Assembly (NCBI GenBank): GCA_030647355.1
Contig: JAUSIS010000006.1
Coordinates: 90,221-154,220 of the forward strand
Direction: 5' to 3'
DNA: 64,000 nt
Origin: a bacterium
Lineage (GTDB): Bacteria; Patescibacteriota; UBA1384; VFKW01
This document shows, one piece after another, positions 57,096 to 64,000 of this stretch. The notes beneath the pieces are model-generated. The model ran no database searches, was not told where the DNA came from, and worked only from the letters and a program-made list of their open reading frames with translations. The position numbers and the translations under genes are program-made. Positions within the stretch are counted from its first letter, which is position 1. Each line of letters begins with the position of its first letter.

Positions 57096-57274
57096 GCTGG
57101 CATCGAGGTGATACGGGCGGAAGCCAAAGGTAAGGTAACCGTCAGGTCACCTATTACGATGCTTACAAGGCCTAAGTGAATTTCCAGCGATTCGCTTGGG
57201 ACTGGACGGCTAACGAGCCGTACAGAAATCAATCCCCGCAAGGGGTTAATGAGTCCGCCGTCAGGCGGACTTTT
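57096..57274 (+). ncRNA. Candidate ~180-nt pseudoknotted RNA (sRNA or leader)
   Basis: TTGACA(57061)-17-TATTAT; nested stems, H-type pseudoknot, GCAA hairpin, terminator. Confidence 0.6.
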
Positions 57275-57339
57275 CGCGTTATAATTGAATGGCTCGATCA
57301 AACATGTTAGAGTATAGATGTAATGAATAAGGAGGGAAA

Positions 57340-58419
57340 ATGGATCAGAATCCATCACCTATTTTAAACCAAAATGAGTCTGGACAGCAACAGCAAGCGG
57401 TCAATCAAGACCAGTCCCAAAACAGTAATAAGGCACTTCATACAGCAATTGCGATAATATTGCTGATATTTGTCTTTCCTATCGGTCTAATTTTTATGTG
57501 GATGGCAACCTCCTGGAGTAAAGGGTTTAAGTGGTTCTTAACTTTATTTTTCCCTATAGCTATCGCTTTGCCGATAGTATTAATAATAGTCAGATCTGCT
57601 GTAAATAAAAATGCAATTTCAGCACCAGTAGTAGTTACGAGTTATACGACCTATAACTCGAGGGCTAATAAAATACAATTTAGCTATCCAAAAGGATGGG
57701 TTGTAGAGGAAAGGTTGCCAGGAATTACTGACATTTATATTTGTAAAACGGGGACTAAATCATGCAAAAGCAATACTAACTACAACATTGGTATCGCTAA
57801 TCAAGGAACTAAGACCACAGGGGTAAGCCTACTTGCATATGCCCAAAGCAAGAATATTGCTGGTAGCCAGTATAATATAAGTAATGATACTAATGAATCC
57901 AAAACCAGCAATGGGTATGAGGTTGTTAGCTCAGCGAAAGCCCATTACTACTACATATCCGATGGTGTAAATATATTTACGGTACAGGGAGACAAGGTAA
58001 TCCCTACTTCTAAAATAGAAATTGACCCAGCGATTATAAACCGGATTGTAGATTCGCTTAAAATAAATATACAAGCAAGTGCAGCTAACGCGAATTCTAG
58101 TGATGCTCCCCCATCGATCAATAATTCCACTCAGGCCTCAACTACAAACACCTACAACATTCAGAATTCTACTGATTATCAAAAACAAACTGGCTATGCG
58201 CCAGCTAAAGCATCTGGAACCGTTCAATCATTGTCGTCCTCATCATCTGAGGTTGTAATATTGGAAACATCGTCTCAACAAGCTCTTACCTTTAAAATAA
58301 CTACTAATACTATTATAACTGATGGAACCAAGTCAACTTTCTTAGCCGCCGACAAAAACGTACAAATTGAATATGAAGGTTTTAGCCCCTCAAATGCATT
58401 GAGGATTTGGGTTAAGTAA
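57340..58419 (+). CDS. Membrane-anchored surface protein (PsbP-like FSYP.GW motif)
   Basis: 2 TM, Y....IQFSYPKGW, Ser/Thr-rich linker; AAGGAGG RBS. Confidence 0.7.
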   Translation: MDQNPSPILNQNESGQQQQAVNQDQSQNSNKALHTAIAIILLIFVFPIGLIFMWMATSWSKGFKWFLTLFFPIAIALPIVLIIVRSAVNKNAISAPVVVTSYTTYNSRANKIQFSYPKGWVVEERLPGITDIYICKTGTKSCKSNTNYNIGIANQGTKTTGVSLLAYAQSKNIAGSQYNISNDTNESKTSNGYEVVSSAKAHYYYISDGVNIFTVQGDKVIPTSKIEIDPAIINRIVDSLKINIQASAANANSSDAPPSINNSTQASTTNTYNIQNSTDYQKQTGYAPAKASGTVQSLSSSSSEVVILETSSQQALTFKITTNTIITDGTKSTFLAADKNVQIEYEGFSPSNALRIWVK

Positions 58420-58429
58420 CAGTCGAGCC

Positions 58430-59188
58430 CTAATCCACCCCATTCACATTGAATGTACCAAACCAGTTTTTATAAAATTCTGCAGCAGCCGCACTATCTA
58501 CATCCGTCATGGTAATCGAGAATAATTTATTATCCCAAATGTAATATATTTGCCTTGACGAATATGCTTGGGGAGATTTTGGAACCGTTAAATCGATTAT
58601 CCCAACCAGATGACCGTCATCGCGCGTCATATAAGTCCATTCCTTTGGCATGTAAGCCGTGTAAGAAGGAAAGTACTGCGGAATCCATTTCATTAGATCT
58701 GTCCCGACTGGAGGATTGTAAAATTCAGTGTCATAATGAGCGATCTCAATATTTGGCCATCCTTTTGCCGATAAGTCTCCCATCAGAGCTACTGAATCAC
58801 CGCCTTGCTGTTCGGATAAGCATGAAGTTGATTTACAATTATTCGTTAATACATAATCAGCCGGATATTTGAAACCATAACTGTATTTTGTATTATTATA
58901 GGTCTTCCAACTCGCCGTTGGGGAAGTTGTGGTTGGAGTGGCGGCAGCCGGTGTCGTTGTCGCTGGTGTAGTAGCGGTCGTGTTTGATGACTGCGTTGCT
59001 GTACCTGCATTGTCAGATACTTTTTTTATACTCTTCGTTTGCATTGTTAAAGAAATTTCTAATCCGGCCAAGTTGAGCATATTACTTAACCCAAGATAAT
59101 ATCCCACGCTTCCGGCCATCAGCAAAACCGCTATGCCAATAATTATTAAACTTACTTTACTAAAAAGTTTTTTATGTTCTTTTTCCAT
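58430..59188 (-). CDS. Membrane-anchored surface protein (PsbP-like)
   Basis: TM, TTPA-rich linker, WKTYNN.KY.YGFKYP. Confidence 0.7.
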   Translation of the reverse strand: MEKEHKKLFSKVSLIIIGIAVLLMAGSVGYYLGLSNMLNLAGLEISLTMQTKSIKKVSDNAGTATQSSNTTATTPATTTPAAATPTTTSPTASWKTYNNTKYSYGFKYPADYVLTNNCKSTSCLSEQQGGDSVALMGDLSAKGWPNIEIAHYDTEFYNPPVGTDLMKWIPQYFPSYTAYMPKEWTYMTRDDGHLVGIIDLTVPKSPQAYSSRQIYYIWDNKLFSITMTDVDSAAAAEFYKNWFGTFNVNGVD

Positions 59189-59300
59189 TATTCCCTCCCG
59201 AAAATTATTTATATTATATTAATTGTACCACTTGGACATTATCTTTCAACCGTTTATCTTTTACTAAAAATAACGTATAATAAATAACCGAGAGTACCAA

Positions 59301-61058
59301 ATGAACAAAAACAAAAAGAAAAGTCAATCGCTTGTCAATTTCTGGCAATATTTCCGGCCATACAAGGCGCCGATTGTTGTTGCCCTCATTTTTCTTATAA
59401 TCAGTCAAATTGCAATTCTTGCCCAGCCGATTTTCTTGCGAAACATTATAAACGCTCTCGTCAGTCACAAAGCGCTTGGCAGCGTGGCTATTCTGCTGGT
59501 CTTTTATTTTGCCAGCCGCTTGGTTGATATATTATTTGAGTTATTGCGTGACTATGTTATTTCACCTGTCGTCATGGGAGTGCCGCGCGATTTTGAAAAA
59601 GATGTTTTCAAGCGCCTCCTAGCTTTGCCGGTTGCCTATCATGCCAACAATAAAACCGGTGCATCAGCTCGCGCTATAACCCGTGGATCGCAAGCCACCA
59701 GTTTTATGCTCGATTTCTCGGTTTCTTCTTTAATCCCTCCAATACTTCAGCTGATTTTTGTTACAGTACTGCTTCTGAATCTATATACTTGGCAATATGG
59801 AGTGATCACTTTTGTTACTGTCGTAGTATATGCCATATTCACAATCTGGGGCACAGAAAAAAGGAATATCTACCGCGAAAGAGGCAACAAACAAGATGAT
59901 CAAGCTGGCGGAATACTTGTTGATTCTGTAACCAATATTGAAACAGTTAAGTATTTTAATAACCAAAACATTCTCTTTGGACGTTTTAGTAAAATTAAAT
60001 TTGAATGGTTCCGCTTAATGGTTCGCAACAACCGCCTCTTTGCTTTGATTTACGCTCTGCAGGGCATAATTTTACTAACTGGATTAGGATCGATCTTAAT
60101 TATTGCGGTCAGGCAAGCCACTGCCGGCATAATCACTGTCGGTGATCTTGTATTACTCTCCACGTATATTGTCCAATTATCAATTCCCATAACCACTTTG
60201 GGGTTTGTGTATGGGCGTTTCAAAAACAGCATTATCGATTTACAGGCCATGGATAAAATCCTAGATGAACCAGTAACTATCATCGAGCCAAAACATCCGG
60301 TTGCACTTAAAAAACGGCACGGATCGCTTGAGTTTGATCATGTTTCCTTCAGTTACGAACCCGCCCGCCCGATAATCAAAGACTTGGATTTTAATGTAAA
60401 ACCCGGCCTAAAAGCCGCATTTGTTGGTCCTTCCGGAGCTGGAAAATCGACAATTGCCAAACTCATTTTTCGTCTCTATGATGTCAGCTCGGGGAGCATA
60501 AAAATCGACGGCATAGATGTCAGGCAATTATCACTAGACAATTTGAGTAATCTTGTATCTGTCGTACCTCAAGACCCTGCTCTCTTCAATGACACCATTG
60601 CGGCAAATATTCGTTTTGGCAAAATGGATGCTACTGATGACCAAGTAATCGAAGCGGCAAAAATCGCTCAAATCCACGATTTCATTACCGGCTTGCCCAA
60701 TGGCTACGAAACACCGGTTGGCGAGCGTGGAATAAAAATTAGCGGCGGTGAACGCCAAAGAGTTGCCATTGCCAGGGCAATTATTAGAAACCCGAAAATA
60801 CTAGTCTTCGACGAAGCAACTAGTAGTTTGGACTCGGTAAATGAGCAGGCGGTTTTGGCGACCATTGATCGAGTTGCAATTGGCAGAACTTCAATATCTA
60901 TCGCCCACCGGCTCTCGACAATTGTTAAGAGCGACATTATTTTCGTTATTCAAAAAGGCAAAATAGTTGAGCAGGGGACTCATCAAGAATTACTCAAACA
61001 AAATAAGGTTTATGCTCGTCTTTGGTATTTGCAAACTGAAGCGCATAAATCAGAGTAA
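59301..61058 (+). CDS. ABC exporter, fused TMD-NBD (Atm1/HMT-like)
   Basis: NIETVKYF, GPSGAGKS, ISGGERQR, FDEATS, AHRLST. Confidence 0.93.
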   Translation: MNKNKKKSQSLVNFWQYFRPYKAPIVVALIFLIISQIAILAQPIFLRNIINALVSHKALGSVAILLVFYFASRLVDILFELLRDYVISPVVMGVPRDFEKDVFKRLLALPVAYHANNKTGASARAITRGSQATSFMLDFSVSSLIPPILQLIFVTVLLLNLYTWQYGVITFVTVVVYAIFTIWGTEKRNIYRERGNKQDDQAGGILVDSVTNIETVKYFNNQNILFGRFSKIKFEWFRLMVRNNRLFALIYALQGIILLTGLGSILIIAVRQATAGIITVGDLVLLSTYIVQLSIPITTLGFVYGRFKNSIIDLQAMDKILDEPVTIIEPKHPVALKKRHGSLEFDHVSFSYEPARPIIKDLDFNVKPGLKAAFVGPSGAGKSTIAKLIFRLYDVSSGSIKIDGIDVRQLSLDNLSNLVSVVPQDPALFNDTIAANIRFGKMDATDDQVIEAAKIAQIHDFITGLPNGYETPVGERGIKISGGERQRVAIARAIIRNPKILVFDEATSSLDSVNEQAVLATIDRVAIGRTSISIAHRLSTIVKSDIIFVIQKGKIVEQGTHQELLKQNKVYARLWYLQTEAHKSE

Positions 61059-62156
61059 AACTTTAACCGTGCCCTCTGTCGCATTGACTTCGACTAGATC
61101 GCCATTTTTTAATATTCTTGTAGCATTCTTAGTTCCGACAATGCATGGTTTTTTTAGCTCGCGGGCAATAATTGCGGCATGGCTCAATAGTCCACCTTTA
61201 TCAGTAATAATTGCGCCGGCAATCTTCATGAGCGGCAAATACCGCGTATCTGTATTTTCGCAAACTAAAATTTCGCCGTTATTAAATTTAATATTAAAAA
61301 TATCGTCCGGCTTGACGACAACCACACTACCTTTGTAAGTGCCCGAAGTAGTTGCAATTCCTCTAATTATGCTTCGATCATTTGCCTCGGGAAGTCTGGA
61401 AATCCGTGGATTATTGTTCAAGTATTTTGGCAAAAAACGATTGTAATCAATATAATAAACTCTGTCATCAGGCCAAACTACTGTCTCAAAATAACCCTCC
61501 AAATAATTATTTACAAATCTGCCATCAAGCTGCTCTCTGATCTGTTTTTGTGCCACCTTATTATTAACTTGGATCATATTAATCATTTTATTAACAACAT
61601 CTTTTGCTTCGGGATAGTCAAAAGACCATTCCCAGTCCATAAAATCAAAACTAAAAAAAAGCGAAGTATTGTAAGTTCGACCATGTGTTAATTGATAATG
61701 TTGCCCTTTTATTATCTCTCCGAAAATTCCTTTTTTATTTATTACAAAAATTGCCGACCAAAGCAATTTATCCGTATGTGGACAGATATAAGCCCAGTAA
61801 TCTTCTGCATTAATTTTTTGTTTGAGATACCAACCCTTATAGCATTCCTTAATTGTCATTCCTCGATCGCGCAATTTTGGCAGACCATCCTTCTTAGGAA
61901 CCAACCGAATAGCGCATAACTCATCGCCCCTCGTTTTGAGAATCTTTCCAAAAACTGGCGTCATGTTTGTCAGATCGGTTGCAGATAACTTTTCCGGCCG
62001 TTCGTAGGGCAGGTTTATAATTTGATATAACTGTTCAAGTCTTTGAGCTTTAGTATTATCTTCTTTACGCAACTCGTCTGAGTCTTGTTTCTTTCCGATC
62101 GTTGCCAACCACTCGGTTATGGAAGGTTGATGCTCATTTATTACTGATTTCGCCAT
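61050..62156 (-). CDS. PEP-utilising mobile (phospho-His) domain protein
   Basis: C-terminal GEILV..T, GGLLSHAAIIAREL.KPCIVG. Confidence 0.85.
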   Translation of the reverse strand: MAKSVINEHQPSITEWLATIGKKQDSDELRKEDNTKAQRLEQLYQIINLPYERPEKLSATDLTNMTPVFGKILKTRGDELCAIRLVPKKDGLPKLRDRGMTIKECYKGWYLKQKINAEDYWAYICPHTDKLLWSAIFVINKKGIFGEIIKGQHYQLTHGRTYNTSLFFSFDFMDWEWSFDYPEAKDVVNKMINMIQVNNKVAQKQIREQLDGRFVNNYLEGYFETVVWPDDRVYYIDYNRFLPKYLNNNPRISRLPEANDRSIIRGIATTSGTYKGSVVVVKPDDIFNIKFNNGEILVCENTDTRYLPLMKIAGAIITDKGGLLSHAAIIARELKKPCIVGTKNATRILKNGDLVEVNATEGTVKVLL

Positions 62157-62231
62157 ATTGCCTCTTTACTACTATCCTATCCTAAATTTTTCTAAGCTAC
62201 ATGTCTAGTGAAGGCTTCTTCGGCAAATTAG

Positions 62232-62954
62232 CTAGTAAATATTTTGAGTATATTGTTCTTCTATATAAAATAATGAGATTAGTTTTTCATCAACTTCGTG
62301 AAGTTGCTTCAGTATCTCACCGAATTTTTTGCTTCCATAAGGAGCGGTCATTTCAATTCTTATAGCATTATCGAGCGGCATCCAATAATTCTCGCCAAAT
62401 TCATTTTCCCCAATTAAAATCCCTCGATATTCGGTACTCAAACAAACGTGATACAAAATATCGCTATATAAACGATGGTCATCCGAAAAACGCATCTTTC
62501 TCAGCAATCCAAAAATTCTAAAATCTGCCTCTAATCCTGCCTCTTCTTTTAGTCTCCTCTTGGCGGCTGTAACTACGCTTTCGCCTCGCCTAATTCCACC
62601 ACCGATAATCTCCTGACGTCCCATAAATGGCTGGCGTGTGCGGGTTTGATATAAAATTTCCGCGTTTCCGGCAGTTTTACTGAGTATCATGGTAATCACT
62701 GCTAGTTTAAATTTATGGCTGCTTGCAGTCTTACTATCGATTGGATGGAGTTCTAATAGCAATTCCTTCCCTGATTCACACAAAAAATATTTACCTTGTA
62801 TTTTGGTTATACAACCTTTCTTTACGAGCTGTTGAAGATGGTAGTTATACAGGTCGTTTTCCAAATCAGGCGGTTTGATATCGCTATAGTGAAAGCCTGT
62901 TGATGAAGCGCGCAGGTAATTTAGGATCTCTAATTGGGTGGAATGTATTGACAT
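62232..62954 (-). CDS. wHTH-NUDIX fusion protein
   Basis: YHLQQLVKKG.I.K wHTH; GG....GE....AA.RRL.EEAGL Nudix box. Confidence 0.8.
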   Translation of the reverse strand: MSIHSTQLEILNYLRASSTGFHYSDIKPPDLENDLYNYHLQQLVKKGCITKIQGKYFLCESGKELLLELHPIDSKTASSHKFKLAVITMILSKTAGNAEILYQTRTRQPFMGRQEIIGGGIRRGESVVTAAKRRLKEEAGLEADFRIFGLLRKMRFSDDHRLYSDILYHVCLSTEYRGILIGENEFGENYWMPLDNAIRIEMTAPYGSKKFGEILKQLHEVDEKLISLFYIEEQYTQNIY

Positions 62955-63374
62955 GCTTGGATTGTAACAAAATAAATTCTAATCACAAAAAATAAGCGTC
63001 TCATCCAGTCCATTCAATCCAGTCCATTCGATACAGTCTTGACAAACGCCCGAATTGATGGTATAGTATCTATACTCGTTTAGAAAGTTCTCTACTGATA
63101 CTAAAAATCTTTATTGGACTCCACTGCGCCTAGAGCCATCTGCTCTAACTACGCTTTGGCAATTTCTTTTCGAACATAGCTGGTTTTGGTAATTTAGGTT
63201 TATAATCTCGCATACAATTCGGTATATAAGATTGCCGATTGCGGGCACTTCAAGGCCAACCACAAACTAGCTTGCTTGAATGGAAACTTAACTCAATTCT
63301 TCCCGCACTCTCCCTCGATAAGATTGACAAATGCCCAGAAAACGTGTAAAATATACAGGTTAGGCGGATGACCC

Positions 63375-64000
63375 ATGAATATAAGAAACGTCGCCATCAT
63401 CGCCCATGTTGATCATGGGAAAACTACTTTAGTTGATGGTTTGCTAAAACAATCGCATACTTTTCGAGACAACGAAGCGGCCATGTCGCAGACTTTGATT
63501 ATGGACTCAAACGACCAAGAGCGTGAGCGAGGCATCACAATTTTGGCAAAAAATACTGCAGTTATAAATAATAATACAAAGATTAATATTATTGATACTC
63601 CCGGCCATGCCGACTTTGCCGGTGAGGTTGAACGCACTTTAAATATGGCAGACGGAGCAATTCTCGTCGTAGATGCTCAAGAAGGTCCCATGCCCCAGAC
63701 CAAATTTGTTCTCAAAAAAGCGCTGGATATCGGTCTTCGCTTAATTGTTGTTATCAATAAAATAGACAAACGAGACGCCCGAATTGAAGAAGTCATCAGC
63801 CGTACCAATGATCTTTTCCTTGATTTAGCCACACATGATTCTCACTTGGATTTCCCTATTTATTATGCTATTAGTCGTGAAGGCAAGGCCTGGAGCGAAC
63901 CACCTGCTGATTTTAACACTCCGGCCGATCTCTCACCGATCTTTGATGCAATAATTGAATATGTCCCTGCTCCCGAAGCTGACAACACCAAACCTTTCCA
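63375..64000 (+). CDS. typA: Translational GTPase TypA/BipA (5' part, truncated by window)
   Basis: [47 protein letters not shown]; absent from ORF track because it has no stop in the window. Confidence 0.97.
   Translation, partial: MNIRNVAIIAHVDHGKTTLVDGLLKQSHTFRDNEAAMSQTLIMDSNDQERERGITILAKNTAVINNNTKINIIDTPGHADFAGEVERTLNMADGAILVVDAQEGPMPQTKFVLKKALDIGLRLIVVINKIDKRDARIEEVISRTNDLFLDLATHDSHLDFPIYYAISREGKAWSEPPADFNTPADLSPIFDAIIEYVPAPEADNTKPF

Noticed and set aside
1-64000. Stop-codon reassignment (TGA=Gly or Trp) as explanation for the interrupted genes
   Set aside because: cobO ends in TGA exactly at its conserved GIDY terminus, and the GH1 and PAP2 genes also end in TGA. Long conserved genes have no internal stops, and the lesions are mixed TAA, TGA and frameshifts.
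1-64000. CRISPR array, tRNA or rRNA genes
   Set aside because: No regularly spaced repeat-spacer run, cloverleaf or rRNA signature seen by eye; the Cas4-like nuclease motif is part of a helicase fusion.

Overview
Chromosomal window from a reduced, low-GC bacterium. The gene content suggests CPR/Patescibacteria (inference): tandem VirB4/TraD-like ATPases, a short GAD-less AspS, and salvage-type metabolism. The standard genetic code fits. Housekeeping genes include rplJ-rplL, tgt, secDF, manC, gmk, aspS, nrdR-nrdJ-cobO-trxA, ftsAZ, ybeY, rpsU, rarA and typA. They are interspersed with self-contained ORFan units, three stop-interrupted genes and one IS1202-like element. The most notable content is non-coding. 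(1) A ~760-nt ORF-free, densely helical transcript with its own promoter and terminator at 33986-34748, a candidate giant ncRNA of the ROOL/GOLLD size class. (2) Two c-di-GMP-I riboswitches, each with two extra hairpins inserted in the aptamer core, with covariation between the copies. (3) Three further promoter/terminator-bounded structured RNA candidates, one presenting an anti-Shine-Dalgarno loop. (4) A palindromic element found intergenically and inserted in frame in tgt, and probably in a UvrD-nuclease gene. Strand composition appears to flip across the IS, which has no target-site duplication. No tRNA, rRNA or CRISPR array was seen. All calls are by eye; no searches or folding programs were run.
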